NCBI GenBank assembly: GCA_014728035.1
Contig: WJMJ01000046.1
Location: forward strand, 128,001 to 192,000
Direction: 5' to 3'
From: Promethearchaeota archaeon
GTDB taxonomy: Archaea; Asgardarchaeota; Thorarchaeia; Thorarchaeales; Thorarchaeaceae
Length of the DNA stretch: 64,000 nucleotides
Numbering within the stretch: position 1 is the first letter of the stretch; each line of letters starts with the position of its first letter. Below the pieces are notes generated by a model, which was not told where the DNA came from, searched no databases, and saw nothing but the letters and a program-made list of their open reading frames with translations. This document shows positions 20,421-30,321 of the stretch, one piece after another. The translations under genes and the position numbers were made by a program.

Positions 20421-21929
20421 CTATTTTTCAGCTCGTAACAATGCATCAGACAGAGATTTAGCTTTTCCAGATGGCTCAAAATATCGTTTTCTTATTTTTA
20501 CAAAAGTTGGTACTGAAACAGTTTCGCCGACAAAAAGTGATTCTCCAACCTCCAAGGTAGTGATTGCATCCAATGCAGCTCTATCAATGCCCTCACTGCT
20601 TCTTCCGATATGATCCAAATCATATGGATTAGTACACCGGAAAATAGCTTGATTACTACACTGACTCAGAACAGTTGTAGAAAGCTTGACAGGACGTTGA
20701 GAAATCAAACATAAAAGTGCAAAGAATTTTCGACCTTCTCGTGCAATGGTTTCAATACGACTTTTTGGAAGAGCTAAATCATGTCGACTCTCAGGACAAA
20801 ACTGATGAGCTTCTTCAAGAACTAATAGAAAAGGAGGAATAGATTCTCTTCGCCGAAGATAGAGTAGCTCGTTAGCCAAATGAGCTACCACAATTTGCTT
20901 TTTTCTAAGGCTAATGAAATCGCTGAGGTCTATGATTGTTAACCTACCAGGTTGTACAATTGACTTAATATCTGGAACTGCCTCCTTCCCAAATAATCGT
21001 GTTTCTTCTAGATTATAGAGCCAGCCAATCAGTGCATCGCGAGTGTTACCTTTGATAGTGTCATCATCTCGTATATAGTCAATCAATTCCTTCAGAGAAT
21101 AACCATCCTTATAGAAAGATTGAATTTCGGATAATACCCGCTTTAGTTCTCTTTTTTGTACGGTACTCATATCCGAAACAAGAGACCCAATGCCTTCTGC
21201 TGTCATCGAATTAACCGGGATTTGTAGATGAGCCCCACGGATATGCTCAACATCAACTATCGAGCTTTCGGTTTTGGTAAGAGGCTCAATGTCTTTTAGA
21301 TATCTGTACTCACCATGAACATCTATTAAGACAATTGCAATCCGTCCCTGCTTCTTTGTACGTGTAAGTAATTCTTCAAGCAAAACTGAAACAAAGTAGG
21401 ACTTGCCAGCCCCACTCATAGCGAGAATAGCAAGATGTTTTGACAATAATCTATCGATACTGGGAGTAAATGCAAGATTGTGATGACCTAAAGAACCGAG
21501 ATTTAAGCCGTTATTGGGATCTAGTCTGAGAAATTGGGATAGTACTGATGCATCAACCTGTCGAACTACAGAACCAGGTGACACTGCGAAATATGGACGA
21601 ACCGGTCGATTGTTTGCCCATAGCCCAACCACACGTGCAGAAGCAACCGTGTATTGCCATCGATCGGTTGGAAAAATTGAACGAAGGGGTTCTCCACGTG
21701 ATTGATATTCCCTAACAGCTTCTGCATGTTGATAGTATCTATTAGTACGAATTAAATCTTGAACCCGAGATATTACCTCTCCTGCAGGAGTTACAACTGA
21801 TACAAATTCACCCCTTTTAACAATTATTTCATTGGAAACTCCCTCTAGAACAAAAGAAAATTCCATGACATTTGGCGTGCCATTTTCACAAACCACGGTT
21901 CCAAGACGATTATGAGTGTCAGATACCAT
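20421..21929 (-). CDS. herA: HerA helicase/translocase
   Basis: HAS barrel N-terminus, HLAILAMSGAGKS, LEEAHQFCP, IAREGRKF, ISQRP. Confidence 0.93.
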   Translation of the reverse strand: MVSDTHNRLGTVVCENGTPNVMEFSFVLEGVSNEIIVKRGEFVSVVTPAGEVISRVQDLIRTNRYYQHAEAVREYQSRGEPLRSIFPTDRWQYTVASARVVGLWANNRPVRPYFAVSPGSVVRQVDASVLSQFLRLDPNNGLNLGSLGHHNLAFTPSIDRLLSKHLAILAMSGAGKSYFVSVLLEELLTRTKKQGRIAIVLIDVHGEYRYLKDIEPLTKTESSIVDVEHIRGAHLQIPVNSMTAEGIGSLVSDMSTVQKRELKRVLSEIQSFYKDGYSLKELIDYIRDDDTIKGNTRDALIGWLYNLEETRLFGKEAVPDIKSIVQPGRLTIIDLSDFISLRKKQIVVAHLANELLYLRRRESIPPFLLVLEEAHQFCPESRHDLALPKSRIETIAREGRKFFALLCLISQRPVKLSTTVLSQCSNQAIFRCTNPYDLDHIGRSSEGIDRAALDAITTLEVGESLFVGETVSVPTFVKIRKRYFEPSGKAKSLSDALLRAEK

Positions 21930-21935
21930 ATTGGA

Positions 21936-23099
21936 TTAACCCCCAAAAGGATTTCTAGACCGACGCTTTTCAAGTGTTGCATAAGTTAAACCAGATAGCG
22001 CCATTAGTCTATCAATAATTAACTGAGTTTCATTCAAACTTATCTTCGCTCGGGCATCTGCCTCTAAAATAGGAGATGGGATGCCATATTCAGGATGTTG
22101 CCACGAAAGAGGTAATATGGCAGCAAGAGCTTTGTCAATTTTACTTGAAACATTGACTTCATTATCTTTTACCAGTATTTCAACCCGTAGTGGTAAATCA
22201 TCTCTTGCTGTTTTCAGATAGGTTACCCAAATTGAAGACGCCCAATCAGTCAAGTCTTTAGGTACAGAATTAGGAGTTTGAGTAAACTCAACAGAGTATC
22301 TGAATGCAAAAGTTCGTTCAGCTTCCTCTAAAAAGGTGTCAAGTAAATCACAGTCCCTAGAAATTTTCAATAACCACCTATAGTCAATACCATGCATTTT
22401 ATCAAAAACGGAGGGTTTTCGGATGATGTGTGGAAGGACATCACCCAGCATGTTGACAATTCTAGCAGATCTGCTATCTTTGACTATACCAACCAATGTG
22501 GTTTTTTTCTTTGTTGCAGTAGAATATAATTGTCGATATAAGGCTAAAACTTGTTCATATTTCTCATAAACCAATGAGCCAGAAGGAGGACGATCTTTTG
22601 GATGGTAGAAAAGAGACCCATCAATAAGAATCAAATCAGTATGAAACTCTTCAAGGACTGCAAGAGTCACACGTAGTTCTGTGGCAATTCTTTCAAGTGA
22701 CGCTAGCTGATCTAATTCGGTACTTGAAAGTGTTAACATAATGGGACGGACAGTTGGTTCTGGAAAAGCATCAGGATAAAAATCAACTGTTGGGCCTTCG
22801 GACGACTGAAAGCTGAACACAACCGCAACTCCACGAGTTAGAAGTAAATCCATTGAACGGAAACGGCGACGAACTAATCCACCATCAACACCAGCAATTC
22901 GAAGCCCTGAAAGTGGTGTTGGTTGAATGGATTTGATAAAATCAAATTCGTCAGTGCTTTTGGCAAGTAATGGAAATCTGTTTAGTTCAATTTCGCCTTT
23001 TATTTCTCTTAGGACAGAACCAAAACGAGACCTTGTAGATTCGATTCGCTCAATCTCTTCCACAAGTAAAGACAACATTCGATCAAGATTCTTATCCAT
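21936..23099 (-). CDS. nurA: NurA nuclease
   Basis: AGVDGG, LIDGSL, VGIVKDS, YGIPSPILEAD; adjacent to herA. Confidence 0.9.
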   Translation of the reverse strand: MDKNLDRMLSLLVEEIERIESTRSRFGSVLREIKGEIELNRFPLLAKSTDEFDFIKSIQPTPLSGLRIAGVDGGLVRRRFRSMDLLLTRGVAVVFSFQSSEGPTVDFYPDAFPEPTVRPIMLTLSSTELDQLASLERIATELRVTLAVLEEFHTDLILIDGSLFYHPKDRPPSGSLVYEKYEQVLALYRQLYSTATKKKTTLVGIVKDSRSARIVNMLGDVLPHIIRKPSVFDKMHGIDYRWLLKISRDCDLLDTFLEEAERTFAFRYSVEFTQTPNSVPKDLTDWASSIWVTYLKTARDDLPLRVEILVKDNEVNVSSKIDKALAAILPLSWQHPEYGIPSPILEADARAKISLNETQLIIDRLMALSGLTYATLEKRRSRNPFGG

Positions 23100-24804
23100 C
23101 AGTCCTCACACTTCTATATTTCATTGCTGCCCTTATTAGACCCAAGTATAATGGATGTGGACTACCTGGACGAGAGAGAAATTCTGGATGAAATTGCACA
23201 CCAATCCAGAAGGGATGCTTCGGTATCTCAATAGCATTAATGATAGTATCGGATTCATCGAGTGCAGAAACAACTAAACCTTTTTCATGCATTTTACTGA
23301 TATATCGGTCAATTAAATGAAAACGATGCCTAAATCTTTCGAAAGTTTCAGTTGCTCCATAGATGCTATGAAGTTTTGTACCTTCCTTAATAATAACTTT
23401 CTGACCACCCAAACGCATTGTTCCTCCCTTATTTTCAATTATTTTTTGTTCATCCATCAAATCAACAACGGGATAGAGACTGTCATCGTTCACTTCGGTA
23501 GTATGAGCATCTTTCCATTTCATAATCTTCCTTGCAAAAGCAACTGTTCCCAGCTGACCACCATAACAAATTCCAAGAAATGGGATCTTTGAACTCAGTG
23601 TAACCGCCGCGGCACTGATCATTCCCTCAACACCACGAGCTCCAAAACCAGGTGTGAGAAGTACTCCATCAACATCCTTCAAATCTTCTGTCAAGCAAGA
23701 TTCATCACACCGTTCATCAGTTTCAATCCATTTGATTTTTATTTTCACACCACAGGCTGCTCCTGCATGAGAGAGAGCTTCATTGATGCTTTTGTAAGAA
23801 TCACTGAGGAGGGTGTATTTCCCTGGCATTGCAATAGTAATTGTGCCTTTTGTACTTTCAAACGATTCAACAATTTCTGCCCATTTTCTTGTATCAGGTT
23901 CATGATCTGTAAGATTGAAATGGCGTGTGAGAATAGAACCCAATTTCTGTTCTTCAAAGTATAAAGGAAGGCGATAAATCACAGGGATATCAGGATTAGA
24001 AATAACATTATCTTCTGAAACATTACAAAACAAAGCAACTTTAGCTGTAGCTGAAGGAGTTAGTTGTTTCTCTGCACGGCAAACAACTATATCAGGCTGC
24101 AACCCAAGACCTTGTAGTGTACGAACACTATGTTGCGTTGGTTTTGTCTTAAATTCTCCCACGGACTTCATGTATGGAACCAATGTGACATGTACAAATG
24201 CAACATTCTGACGCCCGATTTCAAGTGCCAATTGACGAACTGCCTCAAGGAAAGGCATAGCTTCTATGTCACCGACAGTGCCACCAATTTCTACAAGCAA
24301 TACGTCAGGACGAGGTGTTTTTTCAATTAATTCCCAAATTCGCTGTTTTATTTTATCAGTGATATGAGGTATTATTTGAACGGTTCTGCCTAAAAAACTC
24401 CCTTTCCTTTCACCCAAAATTACCGAGATATAGATTTGCCCCGATGTGATATTATGAGAGGGGTGGGCGTTCATTCCCGTAAATCTTTCATATGTTCCAA
24501 AATCCAAATCTATTTCTGATATTGTAAAATCTAAATCACCTGCAGGTCTGAAGTTCCATGCTTGTTCAGTAACAAAAACTTCACCGTGTTCTATTGGATT
24601 CAATGTGCCAGGGTCAATATTTAGATATGGATCTATTTTCACAATACGTACACTATATCCCCGAAATTGAAAGAGCTTTGCAAGAGATGCAGTTGTCACG
24701 CCTTTACCAATACCAGACAGTACGCCTCCAGTCACAAACACCAAACGAGTTGATTCGGTTTTTTCATTCAATAGCAGCAACACCAGACCAAGATATCTGG
24801 ACAC
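23092..24804 (-). CDS. pyrG: CTP synthase
   Basis: VTGGVLSGIGKG, KTKPTQHSV, GICYG, QFHPEF. Confidence 0.97.
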   Translation of the reverse strand: MSRYLGLVLLLLNEKTESTRLVFVTGGVLSGIGKGVTTASLAKLFQFRGYSVRIVKIDPYLNIDPGTLNPIEHGEVFVTEQAWNFRPAGDLDFTISEIDLDFGTYERFTGMNAHPSHNITSGQIYISVILGERKGSFLGRTVQIIPHITDKIKQRIWELIEKTPRPDVLLVEIGGTVGDIEAMPFLEAVRQLALEIGRQNVAFVHVTLVPYMKSVGEFKTKPTQHSVRTLQGLGLQPDIVVCRAEKQLTPSATAKVALFCNVSEDNVISNPDIPVIYRLPLYFEEQKLGSILTRHFNLTDHEPDTRKWAEIVESFESTKGTITIAMPGKYTLLSDSYKSINEALSHAGAACGVKIKIKWIETDERCDESCLTEDLKDVDGVLLTPGFGARGVEGMISAAAVTLSSKIPFLGICYGGQLGTVAFARKIMKWKDAHTTEVNDDSLYPVVDLMDEQKIIENKGGTMRLGGQKVIIKEGTKLHSIYGATETFERFRHRFHLIDRYISKMHEKGLVVSALDESDTIINAIEIPKHPFWIGVQFHPEFLSRPGSPHPLYLGLIRAAMKYRSVRTDG

Positions 24805-24862
24805 ATCCAGAATTTATTGCTGGAAGATATGAATCATGTATAAGTGATTCGTTATCTTCCAT

Positions 24863-25450
24863 TCATCCAGTAGCTTGAGCTAAAACACTAGCTCTAAGAG
24901 AGTCTTGGAAAATTAGCTGGAAAGCTTCCATAATCATATTCCCCTCTTTAGCTATACTTTTGAAAATAGGGATCGAATCAGGTAAGCGAAGATAGGATCT
25001 AAATCGAGTCTCATCAATTGCATTTGGTAAATCTTGTTTGTTTAAACAAACAGCAATAGGAAGTGACGTGTCTTCTTCGGAAAGCATCGAAAGTAACTCA
25101 TTCCAGCTTTGCAGGTTCTCTTCCAGAAGATTGTCTTGTGAATCAGCAACGAAGATGATGCCATCCGTTCCAACTAAAACAACCTCTCGAGTAGAACGGT
25201 AGAAATCCTGTCCGGTTGCAGACCAGATATGTGCATTCACCATCCAGCTATTCCCAAGTGGAATTGGAATAGTACCGAAATCACAAAACATGGTTCTACC
25301 AACAGTATTCTCAATTGATGTCAGCCGATCACTGAAATCTAATGCTGAGAATAACCATTGAATGGATGTTGTTTTTCCACTCATGGCCGGTCCAAAGAAC
25401 ACAATTTTCACATTGACTGTTTTATTGCCATAATCTATTATCAAACTCAT
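24863..25450 (-). CDS. MglA-like small GTPase
   Basis: G1 GPAMSGKTT, G2 RTMFCDF, G3 ATGQ, G4 NKQD, G5 SIA. Confidence 0.9.
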   Translation of the reverse strand: MSLIIDYGNKTVNVKIVFFGPAMSGKTTSIQWLFSALDFSDRLTSIENTVGRTMFCDFGTIPIPLGNSWMVNAHIWSATGQDFYRSTREVVLVGTDGIIFVADSQDNLLEENLQSWNELLSMLSEEDTSLPIAVCLNKQDLPNAIDETRFRSYLRLPDSIPIFKSIAKEGNMIMEAFQLIFQDSLRASVLAQATG

Positions 25451-25462
25451 AACCTCCTAATT

Positions 25463-26380
25463 TCATGTACCCCACATGCTATCAACCCAAGCACCAAGCC
25501 CAGATAAGGTGCCATTTTTTACACAGTCTGAAAAATCTTCATGCCACTCAGCTCGAATGAACTGAATCAAATCAGATACAGTGCCACCTTTCCAACCAAT
25601 AGTTTCGAAAAGGTTTCGCTCTGTCAAAGATGTGGAAGTACCAAGTTCTCGTGCAAGACGAATTCTTGAAAGAAGAGTAACAGCTCTTCTTGCAGCATGC
25701 ACATAATTGTTAATTTCTTCTACGAATACATCACGAGTTAATTTTTCAGCTTCATCATCAAGATTTAGAACCACTTTGGTTATATGTTCAGAATTTTCAA
25801 TATCACGTAAAGATTTTCTTAGTAATCTTCTAATTCGTTCAAGAGATTGATTTTTTCGTTCCAAAATTTTTGATACAATATTCTTCTCGACATCCAAAGA
25901 CCTAGCAATAGAACTAATCAATGAAAACGAGAAATCAGAGGGGGACATAATTCTCAAGATTCCACAATTTCCGGATTCGGCTACTTTTTCAGTAATGGAA
26001 CTCAGTGTTTCCGAATTTATTTCCATGCCCAAAGACTTGGAACCAAGAGGAACTGAAATAACCCAGCTTGAAAAGGTGTTAATTCTTTCCAGCGCTAAAC
26101 GAAGATTGGACGAAAGACAACAAACAACAGTACGATTTACTTCATAATTGTGCTTTTCTTCTTCCAAAACGGATACGATATCATTTTCAGTCGTGAAATC
26201 ACGCCAGAAGACTAGTTTATGCCGGTGAGAGCAAAGTGATGATAGGCTCTCTGTGAGATCATCAACCAACTCGATATCTTCACCAACAACTAGAACAGGA
26301 ATTCGAGATAAGATCGTATTCAGAAGAAGGTGAAACTCCGAATTCATGATCTCAATTAGATTCAATATAGAATAAGTCAT
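25463..26380 (-). CDS. Hypothetical protein, putative DENN-like domain
   Basis: N-terminal FHLLLNTILSRIPVLVVGEDIELVDDLTESL resembles the core-DENN first helix/strand; located between Roadblock and GTPase genes. Confidence 0.45.
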   Translation of the reverse strand: MTYSILNLIEIMNSEFHLLLNTILSRIPVLVVGEDIELVDDLTESLSSLCSHRHKLVFWRDFTTENDIVSVLEEEKHNYEVNRTVVCCLSSNLRLALERINTFSSWVISVPLGSKSLGMEINSETLSSITEKVAESGNCGILRIMSPSDFSFSLISSIARSLDVEKNIVSKILERKNQSLERIRRLLRKSLRDIENSEHITKVVLNLDDEAEKLTRDVFVEEINNYVHAARRAVTLLSRIRLARELGTSTSLTERNLFETIGWKGGTVSDLIQFIRAEWHEDFSDCVKNGTLSGLGAWVDSMWGT

Positions 26381-27324
26381 TTATCGCGCCCCACCATTAA
26401 CAGGCTTTTTCCAGGCCCACCAGAAAGCAATAGATCCTTCAATTCTTCCGGAACAGATGGTTTTGTCAGTGATGCATTCTCCAATAATTGTCTTGACTCC
26501 TCAATGTAATGCTTGAGAAGTAAACGCATTAACCCTAATTTCTGGCTGTCCTTATCAACATAAAGACTGAAGACGCCATTGGGCACTGCATAAATGAAAT
26601 GACGCATATTGTCTGTTTCACAAAGAACTGTTTGGAGAGAACTATTACGAAGAGTTCGGATTACTCGTTCAGAAGCATCATGAAGGGCGAAAGACATGGC
26701 TGCTAAACGGTCATCGGTAAAGCCATCAAGTGAAACTCTAACACCACCACTTAGAGCAAGAAAAACAGTGGAGATATTTGGGATACTATCATGGACCTGA
26801 CGAAGAAGAGACCTTAAACTTAACGCACGCGACCTATCTAATGATACAATAGAACGTTTTAGTGAGTACTGGGTTGTATCAATTTCAGAAACAGAAAATC
26901 CTTGAAGCACTTTCTGGGTTTCATCAGAACTGAATGAACGAAGTGGCGGAAGGTTCCCTTCTAGATGTTGTTTCAAAAGGAATGAAACACGAGACAAATT
27001 ATCTTTCATTTCAATGAACAATGCAGCGAGGTTAACACGTGGTGCAGTCGTAACGGCAAGAAAGTAATTCGAGTCTTTAGGTAAAGATGCTAAGAATACT
27101 TTTGATGTTTCTGATTCCATAAGAAGATATTTGAAATTCCCATGGATTAATCGCGCAACTCCAAATATTGCACATGTGGAGGATGCAACCGCAAAGACCT
27201 CATCCTTACTGAACCACACTCCAGCACTTGCAACAGGTAAGCCATCTTTTTGAATCAGAACTACATTTTCAACGCCAGTTATGTTCTTAATCTTTTGAAG
27301 AGTTTCATTCAACTCGTCGGTCAT
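26377..27324 (-). CDS. Tandem Roadblock/LC7 (MglB-like) domain protein
   Basis: ITGVENVVLIQKDGLPVAS and a second repeat IPNISTVFLALSGGV...RLAAMSFAL. Confidence 0.82.
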   Translation of the reverse strand: MTDELNETLQKIKNITGVENVVLIQKDGLPVASAGVWFSKDEVFAVASSTCAIFGVARLIHGNFKYLLMESETSKVFLASLPKDSNYFLAVTTAPRVNLAALFIEMKDNLSRVSFLLKQHLEGNLPPLRSFSSDETQKVLQGFSVSEIDTTQYSLKRSIVSLDRSRALSLRSLLRQVHDSIPNISTVFLALSGGVRVSLDGFTDDRLAAMSFALHDASERVIRTLRNSSLQTVLCETDNMRHFIYAVPNGVFSLYVDKDSQKLGLMRLLLKHYIEESRQLLENASLTKPSVPEELKDLLLSGGPGKSLLMVGRDK

Positions 27325-27405
27325 TCATTCAGCCTCGAACCGATATGGTCCGTAGTATGATTAAGACTCTCAATATATAATCCCCACACAGATTTGAGAG
27401 GACAA

Positions 27406-28698
27406 TTACATATGAATAAGAGCTGCATCTGGAACTTCTTGAAAAATTTCTCGTGAGGCCTTACCTACCTTTTTCCTAAATGGTTCACGAGTATACACTC
27501 GGATTACGTCAAGGTAAACTTTCATCATTTCTGCTATATTGGAGAGATCTGATAGATTTCTAGTGATTTTTTTACCTTCTATGATTTCGTAAATACTTAT
27601 TTCCATTGGATCCATTTGATGCGGATTATATGGGACAGAAGGAAGTGTAGGAACATCAACAATGACTTCCTCAGGAGGCACATCAGCTGATTCTGCAATC
27701 TCGTCTTGAATGCTCTCTCTAACTCTTTTCTTTGTTAGAAGTTTTGATACAAAACGGTCTTGAGTATGTAGAACTTTCTCAAAGGATGATTTGTATAATT
27801 TTCGGGAGTCAAGCAAGTTAACCATTTTTACAGCCTCTTGAGCATCCTCAGAAATAGAAGAATCAAGATCTCTTATTTGTGAAAAGAGAGACATATCATC
27901 TAACTCCAGAAAGTGATCAGGCTCAGAAAAGCTAGTTAATCCTAATTCACTATCAGCCGCATTCATCAAATGTACTAGCATAACTTCTACACTTCTGACA
28001 GTTTTATGATAATAAACATTTAGAAACATTTCATAACGAGCAACTAAGAATGACTCCAACGCCCCTCTTGCATTTATATCAAATTCAAGAGTACCAGTAT
28101 CAGAAACTTCGAGACTATTGATTAAACGATGGATATCGACGAGTCCGTAATTAACCCCACAATAAAAAGAGTCGCGAATTAGATAGTCCATCTTATCAGC
28201 ATCTACTTGACCAGCAACAATCCCACTTGTGATTATATCATTGGGTTCAATCACACGCCCCCTAACAAGGTGAGATATACGATTCTTTGAAACACCACCA
28301 TCCCCAAGAATATCTCCTACTACACTATTTAGTATAAGCCACTCAGTTACATCTTCATGATTCCAACCTCTATGTTCGATTAAACATTCTTCGAATACAT
28401 GACTAAATGGACCATGGCCTAAATCATGAAGAAGAGCAGCTAATCGGATATCTTGCAAATCGTCTTCATCTAATCCAATCTGTGGCAACAACCGTTCACC
28501 AAGAAGCCCAGCTAGATATAGTGCACCAATACAATGACCAAATCTACTGTGTTCTGCGGTGGGATACACAAAATGGCCTCCAGACAGTTGCCGAACTCGG
28601 CGTAATCGTTGATATGGTTCAGAGTCAATTATTTTCATTTCAATAGGAGTAAGATGAATAAATCCATGTACCGGATCATTAATTTCAATGGTGGTCAT
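27406..28698 (-). CDS. HD-domain dNTP triphosphohydrolase (SAMHD1/YdhJ-like)
   Basis: DPVHG, QRLRRVRQL, HSRFGH, LLHDLGHGPFSH, DADKMDY. Confidence 0.92.
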   Translation of the reverse strand: MTTIEINDPVHGFIHLTPIEMKIIDSEPYQRLRRVRQLSGGHFVYPTAEHSRFGHCIGALYLAGLLGERLLPQIGLDEDDLQDIRLAALLHDLGHGPFSHVFEECLIEHRGWNHEDVTEWLILNSVVGDILGDGGVSKNRISHLVRGRVIEPNDIITSGIVAGQVDADKMDYLIRDSFYCGVNYGLVDIHRLINSLEVSDTGTLEFDINARGALESFLVARYEMFLNVYYHKTVRSVEVMLVHLMNAADSELGLTSFSEPDHFLELDDMSLFSQIRDLDSSISEDAQEAVKMVNLLDSRKLYKSSFEKVLHTQDRFVSKLLTKKRVRESIQDEIAESADVPPEEVIVDVPTLPSVPYNPHQMDPMEISIYEIIEGKKITRNLSDLSNIAEMMKVYLDVIRVYTREPFRKKVGKASREIFQEVPDAALIHM

Positions 28699-28712
28699 TA
28701 TTATACCCCAAT

Positions 28713-29456
28713 CTATACTTGTGGCTCAAAGCTCCTTAATTTTTTTACTAGAAGCTCTGCGGTTTTCAACTCGGATACACAAAGTGGAAGATGTATACTA
28801 TCAGCAATTTTAACAGCTAATGGGTCTAATTCTTTAACACCTTGTAACACAACAACAGCGGGTTTTACAGCCAAGGAGGTTCCTATCTGACTGGCTTTTA
28901 TTGCAACCATTGGAGACCTCCCCGAACTGACATTTGTCAGAATAGCAGCCCTCTGAGTTGTGCCTCCATAAAGACGTAAAAGCTGCTGTGGAGTTAGAGA
29001 AACTATCGCATTTACACTGTCCAGTGCGGTAAACCCATAAATGTCACGGTCTAAAAGGGATCGATGTGTTAGAATTCGACAGTCTAAGCATTCAATGAGA
29101 TATCGGGCGGGTACTGGAACTCCAAATTCACGACTATCTAGAATTGCCTCTGAAGAAATTTCTGGAGCAATAAGCTTTTCCAATGCCATAGCGATTCTCC
29201 CACCTCTAGCTGCATCCATCTCAATTAGGCCTTCAACAAACCGTTTAATTGTATCTACACGAGGAGATTTTCTTCTCCCACTTTCATAATCACTAATTAC
29301 AGATGGAAAAACATCCAAATGTTTCGCTAAGTCTTTTTGAGAGATTTGGAAGCGTTCACGCCATCGTTTCATAATAGACCCAGGATTAGTTTCAGATAAA
29401 CAAATCTCACCAGCCATTTCTTCTGCTAGTCTTTGAATTGTTCCACTTTGAACCAT
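28713..29456 (-). CDS. Archaeal XRE-HTH transcriptional regulator (COG1709-like)
   Basis: AGEI..S..PG..MKRWRE.F, SVISDYESGRRKSP, SGRSPMVAIK. Confidence 0.88.
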   Translation of the reverse strand: MVQSGTIQRLAEEMAGEICLSETNPGSIMKRWRERFQISQKDLAKHLDVFPSVISDYESGRRKSPRVDTIKRFVEGLIEMDAARGGRIAMALEKLIAPEISSEAILDSREFGVPVPARYLIECLDCRILTHRSLLDRDIYGFTALDSVNAIVSLTPQQLLRLYGGTTQRAAILTNVSSGRSPMVAIKASQIGTSLAVKPAVVVLQGVKELDPLAVKIADSIHLPLCVSELKTAELLVKKLRSFEPQV

Positions 29457-29549
29457 ACCACTATTTTTGTATGTGACGCTGATAAGACTTGCGAGCTACA
29501 ACCGAAGCACTCAAAGAGTAATATGAAAATTGAAATCACGGTTCAGAAT

Positions 29550-30320
29550 ATGTTCTTCATATTTGTAATTGGTACCGCAGGTAGCGGAAAATCAGCTCTA
29601 ACAGCAGCGTTTGAAAAATGGCTGGCCACATCAGAGTTAGGTGTTACTGTCGTAAATCTTGATCCCGGAGTTGAAGACCCACCATACACCAGTGATGTGG
29701 ATATCAGAGAGTACGTTGATTATGGACAGATTATGCACGAATTTGGTCTAGGTCCAAATGGAGCTCTTGTTGCAGCACTGGATATGGCTATAAGTCATAT
29801 CGATGATCTGAAGGAAGAGATAATCGATTATGGAAGAAATTATGTATTGATAGACTGTCCGGGACAAATGGAATTATTTGCATATAGAAATTCAGGTCCT
29901 CTCCTCATATCTAGTTTGAAGGGAAATAATCCCGCCTTATCGTTATACCTATTGGATGCAAATATCGTACGAACCCCACCAGGCTACCTATCATCTATGT
30001 TATTAGGAATTTCAATAAACATTCGATTCTCATTGCCACAAATTGGTATTCTGAGTAAATCTGATTTGTTATCCGAAGAGAAAGTAAACGAAATTATTTC
30101 ATGGTCAACACAGCCATTCATTCTACAGGATGCTTTGGATATAACAGCAGAAGGAATGCTTAAGGAATATTCTTCTTCGATTTTGCGAGTGCTTGAAGAT
30201 ATTGGAAGTGGGTCATCTGTGTTGCCTATATCATCACGTCAGATGGAAGGAATGGAGATTCTATATGGGGAAATCCAGAGAATTCTTGCGGGAGGAGAAA
30301 ACTACCAAACATACGAGTAG
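29550..30320 (+). CDS. GPN-loop GTPase
   Basis: GTAGSGKS, NLDPG, GLGPNG, DCPGQME; start placed at ATG 29550. Confidence 0.95.
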   Translation: MFFIFVIGTAGSGKSALTAAFEKWLATSELGVTVVNLDPGVEDPPYTSDVDIREYVDYGQIMHEFGLGPNGALVAALDMAISHIDDLKEEIIDYGRNYVLIDCPGQMELFAYRNSGPLLISSLKGNNPALSLYLLDANIVRTPPGYLSSMLLGISINIRFSLPQIGILSKSDLLSEEKVNEIISWSTQPFILQDALDITAEGMLKEYSSSILRVLEDIGSGSSVLPISSRQMEGMEILYGEIQRILAGGENYQTYE

Positions 30321-30321
30321 G

